A DNA stretch of 63,507 nucleotides, counting the filler, from Nemertoderma westbladi (taxonomy: Eukaryota; Animalia; Xenacoelomorpha), in the NCBI GenBank assembly GCA_032718475.1. It is 3 parts of 3 records of this genome, joined end to end, with 100 filler letters (N's around TTAATTAATTAA, not from the genome) between each part and the next. Parts side by side here need not be neighbours in the genome. Positions count along the whole stretch, not along the records: positions 1 to 30,455 come from JAUCBJ010005953.1; positions 30,556 to 57,983 come from JAUCBJ010000515.1; 1 more part is not named here. The stretch is one strand, 5' to 3'. The notes under the pieces are model-generated. The model worked only from the letters and a program-made list of their open reading frames with translations, did no database searches and was not told the DNA's origin. Shown here piece by piece: positions 24,919 through 37,000 of the stretch; positions within the stretch are counted from its first letter, which is position 1, and each line of letters starts with the position of its first letter. A program made the translations under genes and the position numbers.

Positions 24919-27900
24919 TTAAACCAAACTGTAGTCAACATTGGGCACATTTGAGTAAGATGGGCCGGGGGTCAGCCGAGGGTCCACAGGTGCTAAGTAC
25001 TGATCGTTGGGGTCAACAACAGGGTTCAAATACTGATCATTGGTGTCGCCACCCTCATAGTAATGGTCTGCGGTTGCTAAAGGTTCTAAATAGTCATCGT
25101 CACTCATGTAACCACCTACTCTAGACCTGGGTGCTTCTAAAGGATCAGGAAATGGGCAACTTCTATAGTTTGTAGGCGTGCTGACGTACGGGTTATCGTT
25201 GTTAATGCCTTGGTCACCATTGGCTTCGCATGCGTCTGTATTTTTTGTCGGATATTCATCATCTTTACAAATATCACCATTATTTATACGGATATAACGC
25301 ATAGGGTCTTTGGCCATCTTAGACAAATCGACTTCTAATTCAATGAAATTAGGTCTACATTTCGGTTCTGCCATCCAGCACTTTATCAAAAGCAAGTAAA
25401 TATCTATAGTGCATGTTGGTGGTTGTGGAAGTCTCTCCCCTTTAACCAGATGACTTGTAACTTCCCGGATACCAATACCCTCATATGGTTTCCCTCCGAA
25501 TGTGAGCACTTCCCATATTGTAACCCCAAAGGCCCAGACATCCGACTGATGCGTGAATATACAATGCTGTAAAGTCTCTAAGGCTAACCATCTAATAGGA
25601 AACTGTCCACCTTTATGGGTAAACGAATCTTCCCCAATATCTAAAACTTTAGCTAATCCAAAATCTGTTATTTTTACTTGTGTTGGTTTTTGTACTAGTA
25701 CATTGCGTGCAGCGAGATCTCTGTGGACGAGTCGTTTTTCTTCCAAGTACGCCATTCCTGTGGCTATTTGTCGACACCATGTTAGAAGATGTTGTGGCCC
25801 TATCTTTGATTTTTTGGTCTTGAGATATTCGAGAAGGCTACCTAATGGCATTAGTTGTGTAATTAACATCATTTGTTGAGCTGGCATTGAAACTGCCAAC
25901 AGTTCTACCAAACATACATGATGGCAAGTTGCCATGACATAGGCTTCATCCAAAAATTCCTTATTGGCAGAAACAGATCCAACATTTTTCAACACTTTGA
26001 TAGCAACATGAAAACTGGCATCTTTTTTGTTTTGTTTCTCATTGTCATTATCATTTTGTGGTGTCCATATACCTTCGTAAACAGTTCCGAAAGCTCCCGA
26101 TCCTAACTCCCCAAGTTGCTTTAAACTTGATTCTTTTATTAGACGTAGTTGTGCGTTGCTAGGGGCAACCCCACTCGGCTTCAATGGAGCCAACATTGTA
26201 GCATCTATGGTCGAATACTTCCTCTTTATTTTTCCTTTTTGTTTTTTAACGGTTATTCTGTGCCAGAAACACACTACAATTATAATTAAAATTATTATGC
26301 ATATCAACGCTAATACTATCCCAATGATAGCACCACTCGAGAGCGGAGGTAATGGCTCGCATATATGTGTATTCACTCCAACTTCGGAATTTTCTGGACA
26401 TGTGTGTAAACAATTGCCTTGGTAACTAACATGTTTACATTCAGAACAATTGAAACTTCCTATACCATGGCATCCATTTTTACATTCATAGTGACATGGA
26501 CTACATTTCTTAAGGATTTTATCAGCATATGTATTATTATCGCATTTCATGGAGCATGTTCTGTCCTCTTTCATGTACTCAGAATCGTTGCATTTCTGTG
26601 CGCAGTAATGTCGACCGTCTTCTTCGAGTTTCTTCACGTTAATACAACCATTACAATCATATTGTGAAGGCCCACCACACCCCCCATGACATTGGTCATG
26701 ACAGTGAGCACATGACATATTATGGTCAATTCTGTAATAACCAACGGGACATTCACTGTAGCATGATCGTATCATTTTACCTGTTAAATTTGTTGGCTCT
26801 AAAATTGTATATTTTTTGCATTTTATGCAATCTTTGTAAGTATCACCATCGATGCAACCATCACATTCGGGATGACACTCCCTGCATACCATTGAGTATG
26901 CACCAGTAGCCTGTTTTCTATCGTAAGCAATAAATGAATCTGCTCTGGAATTAACACATGATTTTCTAAGTTGCTCTCCACGTAAGTTGGGGTCCATACA
27001 GTCATTATGGATCGTTGAATGCAGTTTATATTCCATTATATTTTCACAGTGTCTGCAACCTCCTTCCCCGACATCACCATTCACTCCTGTACAATTGTAT
27101 TTAGCAGTACAGTAGGCATGGCACCCTTTGCATTGTAACCCATCCTTATACATACCCTCCAGACAATTCTCAACACACTTAACATTATCTCCTTCGACAA
27201 GATTAAATTTAGAGCACCCATTCGTGCAATCAGTGGCTAAAGGTCCATTACAAGTTGACTTGCATTGAGCGTGACATGGTTGGCATAAATTGCCTCGTTC
27301 TACAAATAATTTATTTTCAGTATCACATTCACCTACACATTTCTCACCAAAAATATAGTTCTTACAGTTGATACACATGTTTGGACCAGGTCCCCAACAT
27401 CCTTCACTGCATTCCTCATCACAATGTTTATCTTGACACCGCTCCCCAACTCTCAGGATTCGAACCCCACCAGATTTTGCAATACCTTCCAACATTTTTT
27501 GCGAATGGTAACACAGCTCTGGCAATTGAGAAAGCACAATATCTTTATCTTGTACCACTTTCAATGATTTCAATCCCAGATACTTTAATTTAGGTAAATT
27601 ATGTATTAGAAGAGCATTACTAATAGTATCAAGACCTTGAATAATCTCAAGATTACTTAAAAATTCTAGTGAATTAATTTTCGAGACTAATTCACTACTT
27701 TGCGTGTTGCTAAGTTCAAAATTGATAAAATTTGAAACTCGTTTGATTTCTTTTAGATACTCGAGTTGTTTAATCGATGATAAAGCATCCTTACCAATGA
27801 ATGTTTCGCGATTAAACATAATCTGGCCTTTAATATCTGTGCATCCTTCTAGCTTATGGATATTACGTGAAGAAATGTAGAGTAATCCTTCGTTCACCCC

Positions 27901-28267
27901 ATATATATCCTTATTGGTGCAGACTCTTTCGCAGGCCCCTTTACATTTGTCACAGATTCTGCCAGCGCCGGTCGTCTCAAAACCCAGAGGACAAGATTTC
28001 ATGCAATATGTTCTGTACACTACATATTTAGCGTCGCATTGTTTTACGCAACGGTTCCCCATTGTGTAGTAAACGTCACCAGTTGTGATCATCTCCTGTG
28101 TGTTAGGGTCGTAGCTGCGCCCGTCTGGGCATTCATCGAGACATTTCCCATCGAGATGAAAACGTCGACAAGCGAGGCAGTCCGTCTGGTATACTCCGCT
28201 GCAGCCACCAGCGCATTGTTCATCACAACACATGTCGCGGTTGTTTGGGGCAGCGCATCTTGTCTGT
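24919..28267 (-). CDS. EGFR: EGFR/ErbB receptor tyrosine kinase, coding exon 2 (furin-like, L2, extended Cys-rich region, TM, kinase, C-tail)
   Basis: CCDEQCAGGC furin motif; TM GAIIGIVLALICIIILIIIVVCFW; GSGAFG, VAIK, HRDLAARN, DFG, PIRWLALE; Tyr-rich tail; CAG acceptor at 28270-28268 (alternative in-frame AAG acceptor starts the exon at 28258). Confidence 0.95.
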
Positions 28268-28693
28268 CTGCATTGAATATATAATATTTATATAGAAAGT
28301 TAGTTGTATAAAAGTAAAATCAGGTCTGACAAGTGAATAAAATAAATATACTATTGTTTCAATCAAGTAATAATTATAAAATATCACCAGTTTTTCAAAC
28401 TCTACTCAAAACAATATGACAAGGGATACAAAACCGGCATAAAAATGTTTAGTAAAACCTGGCAGGCACTATTTTACTTATGTACTAAAATGTATAAAAA
28501 ATAATGGGACATGATTAAATAACAGCTTGATTTATCTTGTTATTTGAATTAATTTATTCAAATTTAATAATTATTATTTCGAATGAATTATTATTATTAT
28601 TACTATTACTATGTGAGGTCATCTGGGTTACTTCACCTTTTTCGTGAAAAACTCATGACGACACAAGCTCTAAATGTACTAAAAACCACAAAC

Positions 28694-29397
28694 CTAGATT
28701 TACACAGATTATGGCACGCGCTATAGGTGAGATCTTGACACATCGACTCTTCGGGCCCCCAACATTTTCCAGAGGAACACGACTCACTACAACTGTTTGT
28801 ACAATTATATCCATTATTACCCAACAGAAACAATCGCTTCTCAACCGAACCCATAAGTATATCTCCCCAGTCCACAGTATCCATATTACACAGAAAATGA
28901 TTTCCTATAATACATATAGACGTGTCCTGTATAATAATGTCCTTTAATGACGACAAGTCTAAGTACCGTAAACCACCGTTTCTTCGTTCATTTAAATTGG
29001 AATCCACGTACAAAGCGCAACCTTTTTTCGTGTTATCAGAATAATTATTCTGATACGAATTTTTACCTCTTATAACGGCGAGTTTGCGTAGTGGGATAGT
29101 TTGAACGGCAACTTGATAAATAATTACAGAACCAGACACCTCTGTGATCGACTCTAAGAAGCTCAGATCGATGGACGAGTTCTTGATGTGAGTTAGCTCC
29201 AAGTTTCCTTCTATGTAAGTACATGGCTGGCCCTCGGAGTTATGGAATTGTTTTTTGAGGTATGTCTCGACATCCTGTATGTTTTGGAGTACATTGGAAA
29301 GGCCATTCCTTGTTCCCGGGCACACAACTTGCGATGCAGTAAGGGGGAGTAATATTAATGCTGTGAGAATTATAACACAATATTGAGACAGAACCAT
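28694..29397 (-). CDS. EGFR: EGFR/ErbB coding exon 1 (signal peptide, L1 domain, start of furin-like domain)
   Basis: Signal peptide followed by VCPGT..LS, CTYIEGNLEL, LSFLESITEVSG, LCNMDTVDW, CWGPEESMCQ; GTTTGT donor at 28693, phase 2; joins exon 2 in frame to give ~1350 aa. Confidence 0.92.
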
Positions 29398-30073
29398 TGC
29401 GGTTGTTTGTAGTCTTGAATCTCAGAATAGCTAATGAAGTCTGAGCGTTATGATACAATTATAATAGTTAAGTTAATATTTATGTAATTTACCTTAAGTT
29501 GATGTAAGAGAAATAAAACTTTAAGAAACGTATAATGATAATAAATAATTTTAAGGACTGACCTCACACTTTGGTAAAACATACTACTGTAGGATCGGCA
29601 TGCTGCATTGCAGCTGCATTTTTAAGAATGCTGTGCCGGCTTTGGTAAAACATACCCCGATTTACTGACAGACTAATTTTTAATTATCGCTTATTATATT
29701 TCATATCAACCCAATAATGGGGTCAATGTTATCTAGAATTTTATGAAACGATGTCTTGCGACTAGTTAAATGCCATTATAGATTGGTCGCTATGACATTG
29801 ACTATGACATGACTATAGCTGTCTTGGAGACAGTAAGTGCACAACAGCTATTTGCTCGCTTTTTTGTCTATCCATTGTTTCATCTGCTATGTATAATTGG
29901 CCATAATTTAGTTTTCTTTATACAGGTATGGTCATGGTGTATTACTTTGTGCACTCACGGTGCAGGACTGTGACAGCAGCATGCCCATTGCGTGTTTTGC
30001 TGCAACTGTTACCATGTTAAATAATGTCAAAATTGCTTACAATTTTCTGAAATAATTTCTTCAGAAAATTGGG

Positions 30074-30278
30074 CCTATGTAAAGAATACCAGGTTTTAAC
30101 TAAAACTACAGGTTTCGGAAGGGCTGATTCTAACCACAAACCATAAACTAAACACATATTATAAGACAGAATTAAGCACTAAAACATTTAATAAGTAGAA
30201 ATTTGATAAAAATTCTTCATATAAAAAATTTCAGTAGAATTTCGACCGAAAAGTGAAAACCTGGTATTCCTCACATGG
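30074..30278. mobile_element. ~200-bp MITE family, copy A
   Basis: Imperfect TIR CCTATGTAAAGAATACCAGGTTTT / AAAACCTGGTATTCCTCACATGG; interior similar to 43000-43192 and more weakly (inverted) to ~7925-8080. Confidence 0.65.
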
Positions 30279-30455
30279 GAGGAAAATTGGACATTTGGAA
30301 TATTTGAAAATTTTTAAATCTTCAACATCAAAATTATGTTTTACCATATCCGCAACTCTAAACTAAACCGTACACTGGAAGGCTGATCTTTATCATCTGA
30401 AACAATACTGGCCAATTGATGCAGTGTTGCAATGAACATAAATATTTAGCCGATA

Positions 30456-30555
30456 NNNNNNNNNNNNNNNNNNNNNNNNNNNNNNNNNNNNNNNNNNNNT
30501 TAATTAATTAANNNNNNNNNNNNNNNNNNNNNNNNNNNNNNNNNNNNNNNNNNNN
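30456..30555. other. assembly gap with artificial stop linker N44-TTAATTAATTAA-N44
   Basis: Exactly 100 bp, same structure as 57984-58083. Confidence 0.97.
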
Positions 30556-31807
30556 GCGTGAGTTGGACTGTAGAAAATTCGCTGCTCGATATACGCAGCG
30601 TAATGGTACGTATATGGGCTTCTTAACTACTGGTCATCCTATCGATTTACACAATACGGACTATGTCGACTATATATCCTGCCCAGCGGAGTCGGAACCA
30701 TAAACTGAAATTCGAATGCGAAAATTCTATTCGAAATCGACTCGAAAGAAAAGACACTAAAGAAACAAATGGACGCGGTAACTCCAACGTATATTTGGAA
30801 TTCTTGATAGAAGCATTGTAACAACAAATAAATATCACCCGCGTTTCCCCTACCAGACGTGCGTCTTTGGTATTATTACGATAAATGTCCTAGACCCAGC
30901 CAATAAACGGAAAGACATAAACATCCACGGAAACATTGTGTTAAACACAGTTGTGCTCGTTATATTTACTGGAGTTCGAGCGAAACTTGTTTGACGTATC
31001 ACCTATGCTCACTCGGCTCGAACGATCCTGGAGTAAACCTACGATCAGAGTCCCGGAATACTCGGTCAAATTTCCTCATTCCTTAGTTGGACCTCAGACC
31101 TGCGATCCTGATGGTGTCGCGGATCCTCGCGGACTGTATTCACTGTTCAAAGATCTAGTGCTACCCTAACAATTAATCGGTAACACTCCGACAGTGATTT
31201 CTAGCTAGCCGCCCATCTTACCTAGCCGGATTGTGACGCGGACACCTAATATCACTATCCAACCGTATGGTTGTCCCCGTTTAACGCGATACAACCCCTC
31301 ATCAAGGTGAAGGAGAGCGTTGTACGAAACGAGTTAAACGCTATTCTATAAAGATCAAAAAAGAAACCTGCGTTTGTTCAGATAAACGTAAGTTATAACA
31401 GTAAGTCCAATCGATAAACGAATTGGCTTTATCTCAATTCGATTGGGAAATCCAGAATCTCTAAGAAGTTATCGAACTTGGACGATCCTATTCTCTGCGA
31501 GAGTTTGTGGATGAACGTATCCAGCTACGAGCGGAGGAAAATCAGCTCGAGGAGAAGCATATCGAAACGGCAGATACCTCGACCACAATCCTACACCTTC
31601 TGATGCAATCATATTGCACCCTTCACCCAGGAGTTATGGCCCTCCTAGTAAAGTGGCTCCCCCAAAGAGAAAAAGACTCTTGCTAGCCTCAAAAAACTGC
31701 ATAAACGCCGTCTGCGTAAGAAAGCCTAACTGTTCAGAGTATCTTTATGTTTTAGAAACTGTGATTTTTATATTTTATAGACTGAAAATCCCATTTTCTG
31801 GGAGCGG

Positions 31808-33018
31808 TGTAAAAGCTTTTGCTGAATTGTCCGGTTATTTTTCCTTATTTTTCCCGTAAAGTACTCTGTAGTTGGTTTACCAGGCATAAAAAGGCCGTGT
31901 CCTTGCTGTACTGGTGTTTTAGCGGACATAAAAGCTATTTCTTCTGTATTTGTACTTTAGAGGACATAATCCGTAATTCCGTGACGTAAAAGCTCGATAC
32001 TCTTGAAAACAGTGTCGCTACCATGACGACGGCTAGCAGCTGATATTGCCACGTCGACGTTGCTTTGTTTCTCTGTTCTCTCGTTGTTCAGGTTGACCAA
32101 TCAGAGCGTTTGTTGTCTCTGTGTTGGAGGTATATACAGAAACTCAGTAGTTCAGTGTTATGTTTTTGCCCAGAGCCTAAGAACCGGCTTTGGCACCTCC
32201 GTGTTTTCAGTTTTTAGTCTTACACTAGTAGGTTTAATTATAAGGACATATATCCTTTATCTACCTGGCTTTTAATCGCTGCTAACTGATCATACATACT
32301 GACTGCTGAAACATTGCAAACTCATAACAATCAGTGTTCAGTTGTTGTTTTATACTGCTATTTACTGTCAGTTCTTCATAATATGGTTGATGAATTATTA
32401 TATTTGGAATAACGATAAATAACCCCGAAACCCAATATTCTTGATATACCGAAGGTAAGAGAGAAGGGTTACAGATAAACGATTGTGACTTATGTTAAAG
32501 TGGTTTGAAGTGAATCTAATGTTATTTGATAGACCCTACATGAGTCAGTCTGTGTTCTTTTTATATGTGACTAAAATCAGTGAAGATTGGCAGATTAGTG
32601 TGCAGTATTGTGCAGCATTGTGTATGAGTGAGTCTGTTAAAGAAGCAATTCCTAAAGAATGCGCCATATATGTGAATTATAATTAAGCCATATCGTTGTG
32701 AGTAGTTTAAGTCATAACTCTGTTTATATAGATAAAGCGCCACGTCCTAAAGGAACTGTTAATATTCCCGAAAGTGAATAATATTGTCAGAGATTATATA
32801 ATACTGTCAGTCGAATAATACATTAGGCTTACATAGCAATAAAATTAAACCGTCGAACCCAATCTCCCGGGAATATCCAGCGGGTGAATGATCGCGCACA
32901 GATTGGTTTCGACTAGTGTAGTGAATCAAATACTTGTCATAGACTAAAAACCGATTTAATATCTAGAAGACATCTTAATTTGGTGGGTTAAACTGCCAAA
33001 GGTCTGAAAGCGCGAACA
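31808..33018 (+). mobile_element. LTR-like dispersed repeat, copy 1
   Basis: Begins TGT after purine-rich GGGAGCGG; CCAAT at ~32096, TATA-like at ~32131, AATAAA at ~32838; ends GCGCGAACA; 3' ~700 bp similar to 58260-58948, and similarity stops at the same AACA. Confidence 0.5.
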
Positions 33019-33027
33019 GGTTTAGCC

Positions 33028-34247
33028 TATATAGAGGCTACATGTAGGTAGGTGTAGCCTACATGTAGGTGCACGTGTAGGGTGAATGTAGGTAGGTGTA
33101 GGTAGGTCTTTATAAACAACAATAATGAATAGGCCTACGGCGAACGCGGGTTTCCCGGTCCTGAACTACCGCGGTACCGTACCTCGAGGAGATGCGAATA
33201 CGGCGAATGGGAATGGGGGGGGGGGGGGGGGGGGTAAACTGAACTGAGCCACCACAAGGAGGAGCGAATCCGGGGAACGGGGGTACCCGGAATAACCACG
33301 TGGAGATGCGAATCGATTACGGCGAATGGGGGGGGGGGGGGATACACGGACATAGAAGCCGAAACCACTACTGCACAACGAGGAGCGATACTGTATTCGG
33401 CGAACGGGGGGTACCCGTTGATGCGACTACGGTGAATTACTGTCTGACTGTATCTCACTAAAAAGCATCCAGCGAAGAACCACGATATTGCCGTTCGGAG
33501 TCGCAGCGAGTTATCATATCCCAACCGCTTTTTTGGACTCAGACTCCCCAAATTTGAGTGTCGATTCCACCGATTAGATTTAGTGCAATTCTACCAGTTG
33601 CTTAAATGTTTAGATTATAATGTATAGCCTGATTAATACTGAATATATATTTCAGAGTTATTAATTATCCAATCATATATTTTTATACTTCATTTTATAA
33701 AGCTTACTGTGGCCGTTTTAATCTACTGTATGTTTTGTACTGTAAACTGTCGTATAATTTCCATGATATTTAAATGGATATTTATTGGATGATTTGAAGC
33801 CAGACCAAGACATACAGTACAAGTACAGAATTTAATACTATACTGTAGACTTGATATTACTGAAGTACTGTAGAAGTCCCTGTGACTGTACAGTTGATAA
33901 AGAGGGGCTGAGGGGGGGCAGGGTTATGGTAGTCCTTAGTCACCGCAATCATGGTTGACTGTCCACTGTTACTGTATGTTACTTAATAAACATATAAATC
34001 AGAACAACGTTTGCTGCTTATACTGTACAGTAAAACCGTCTGTTGTCTGCCAGCAGACAGGTCTGCACGTTGATGTACCGTGGAGAGTACCGTTACATCC
34101 CTGATTGTGGATTGACGACCGTGCATCCCGTTACTGCATGTTATCATGTTAAATTACATTAATATCTATGGGACTACACCTACCTACATTCACCCTACAC
34201 GTGCATCTACATGTAGGCTATACCTACCTACATGTAGCCTCTATGTA
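33028..34247. mobile_element. fold-back/MITE-like element with 74-bp inverted arms
   Basis: 33028-33101 is the reverse complement of 34174-34247 with 3 mismatches. Confidence 0.6.
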
Positions 34248-34504
34248 CAGATGTAGGCTATACTTCTACGCAAAAGTATTTGGTTCGCGGACCAAATACC
34301 AGTATATGGCCCTGGATTGTCGCATTACCTACCAATGCGACTCTGCGCAGGGCTGGCAAAGTAGGTTTTTGTAAACCTAGGTTTTTGTAGGTTTTTGTCA
34401 AAAACCTAAAATTTGAAAAAAGCCTAAAACTAGGTTTTTAGGTTTTTGATTTTTCATCTTTAATTTGCCTTTTAATTTCATTTGTACACTCAAAACTTTC
34501 CGCT

Positions 34505-34594
34505 TTCCACTTTCGGGTTGTTGAACCATGGAATGCGCTAACCGACGCGGTAGTAACTTCCTCATCATTAAATACTTTTAAATCTCGCCTCTAA
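34505..34594 (+). pseudogene. CR1/L2-type LINE 3' terminal fragment
   Basis: Reads FHFRVVEPWNALTDAVVTSSSLNTFKSRL*, typical of the CR1-group ORF2 C-terminus. Confidence 0.7.
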
Positions 34595-35514
34595 ACACTC
34601 ACTATAAGCACTTCAATCTGAAATTTTATCCGTCGTGGTGGACCTAGAAACATTTTTCAATGCGTGATAATTGTAACTCTACATTTAATGAATTCAATAA
34701 CTTAATTGATTGGATTATATTTAATTTCTAGTCTATAAATTTATTTATTTATTTAACCCTTTCATGCCCAAATATACGCATGAAAACCTATGGTACAGTA
34801 GGAATACTACATTTTAATTACAATATTTTAATTAAATCATTTTTAATTGTATCAATAATATAGGAATACATAATTTATTAATTAATTTTTATTGACCATT
34901 AGGCAATAGGCTAATCGCTTCACATTCGGATCTGCACGTAAGAAATCTTTAATTAAATTTGGTATCAATTTAGACTATTTGTTTATTGACATGTTTTTAA
35001 GCCTGTAGAACAGTAGGCCTACTTATTTACAAATTTATTGTCAATATTTTTAAATACGGTACTTTTTAAAATTATGGTACGTACGTTGTTTGCGCCACAC
35101 TAACCTACCCCGTCAGTTTTTAGTAATTCATACATATTTTATTTAAATTTTAATTCAGTCTGTTTTTAATAATCCATACATATCTTATTCAAATTTCAAT
35201 AGTTCTACCGATTCTACACTACTTTGTTTTAACCTATATTAGTTTGTTGTTTGTGCATCGCCGGTTTTTAACAGTCCTACGCTGGATTGAGTACATGTAT
35301 TTCGTTGGTGTCGTATCAGGTTTTTTTATATACTCTTCTTCAACTTCTTACTATGTTTTATTAGGCCTATCCTATTACCGGTATTACATACAACATATTA
35401 ATTTACTTTCAGTTCTGGTTCTATATAAAGATTGCCTTAAATTATGTCGGTGATGGGTATCTATAAGTTTATCTTCCTCTTACAGTCTTACCCTAAACTA
35501 TTAAACATTAAACA

Positions 35515-37000
35515 TTAAACAAAACACGAAGTGGGGCCTTCGCGCAGCACGTGAAATGAGTTAATGCTAAGTATCAACTCGAAAGGATTATAAAAACATA
35601 GGAGAAGATTTTCCCGGAAAACGTTAACCCTCTAGCGGGAGACTGGGTAACTGAAGAAGGAAGGATTAGTTTCCCTACAAAGCCACATCCTATGGTCTAT
35701 TACATATCTGCCAAATTTCAGCATAAATGGATTAAAAGCAAAGAAATGGGAGGACATTTAACGTTTAGACATGTGGCCCTCTAGCAGGAGACTATTGCTC
35801 TGATGGTGTCTGAAAGTCTCTCAAACGTCTCAACTTTTGATCATATTGATGCCTACAAATTTTCAACTTGGCAGCTTTAAATTCGACAAAGTTATAAGCA
35901 TGTCAATATCATAACGACGACAACGATTTCACTTTCAGACATTTGGCCCTCTAGCGGCAGACTGGAGAACTGCAGATGGATTCGCCTCCTTTGAAAGTCA
36001 CAGCTAATGGTCTAATACATATCTGCCAAGTTTCAGCTTAAACGGATTAAAAGCAAAGAAATGGGAGGGCATTTAATGTTTAGACATGTGGCCCTCTAGC
36101 GGGAGACCATTGCACTGATGGTGTCTGAAAGTCTCTCAAAAATCTCAACTTTAGCTCATATTGATACCTACAAATTTTCAACTTGGCAGCTTTAAATCCG
36201 ACAAAGTTATTAGCATGTCAAAATCGTAACGACGACAACGATTTCACTTTCAGACCTTTGGCCCTCTAGCGGCAGACTGGAGAACTGCAGATGGATTCGC
36301 CTCCTTTGAAAGTCACAGCTAATGGTCTAATACATATCTGCCAAGTTTCAGCTTAAACGGATTAAAAGCAAAGAAATGGGAGGGCATTTAATGTTTAGAC
36401 ATGTGGCCCTCTAGCGGGAGACCATTGCACTGATGGTGTCTGAAAGTCTCTCAAAAATCTCAACTTTAGCTCATATTGATACCTACAAATTTTCAACTTG
36501 GCAGCTTTAAATCCGACAAAGTTATTAGCATGTCAAAATCGTAACGACGACAACGATTTCACTTTCAGACCTTTGGCCCTCTAGCGGCAGACTGGAGAAC
36601 TGCAGATGGATTCGCCTCCTTTGAAAGTCACAGCTAATGGTCTAATACATATCTGCCAAGTTTCAGCTTAAACGGATTAAAAGCAAAGAAATGGGAGGGC
36701 ATTTAATGTTTAGACATGTGGCCCTCTAGCGGGAGACCATTGCACTGATGGTGTCTGAAAGTCTCTCAAAAATCTCAACTTTTGCTCATATTGATACCTA
36801 CAAATTTTCAACTTGGCAGCTTTAAATCCGACAAAGTTATTAGCATGTCAAAATCGTAACGACGACGACAACGACGACGACGACAACGACGACGACGACA
36901 ACGACGACGACGACGACGACGACAACTATTTGCATAAATTGACCCACCCCCTAACAGTGTCAATTCGCTAAGGCTCCGCCAACTTCGTGGCTCGCCCCAC
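35515..37000 (+). mobile_element. HINE/DINE-1-like element with ~4 tandem 315-bp core repeats and a (GAC)n microsatellite
   Basis: 315-bp period (e.g. CAGCTAATGG at 36001, 36316, 36631); (GAC/AAC)n at ~36858-36925; subterminal IR CACGAAGT / ACTTCGTG. Confidence 0.6.

Noticed and set aside
28633-28693. C-terminal FVVFSTFRACVVMSFSRKR of the 254-aa ORF as a short secreted EGFR
   Set aside because: Read-through into the intron past a GT donor that splices in frame to exon 2; no evidence for a separate isoform
30456-30555. TTAATTAATTAA palindrome inside Ns (also at 58028-58039)
   Set aside because: Artificial six-frame stop linker joining contigs
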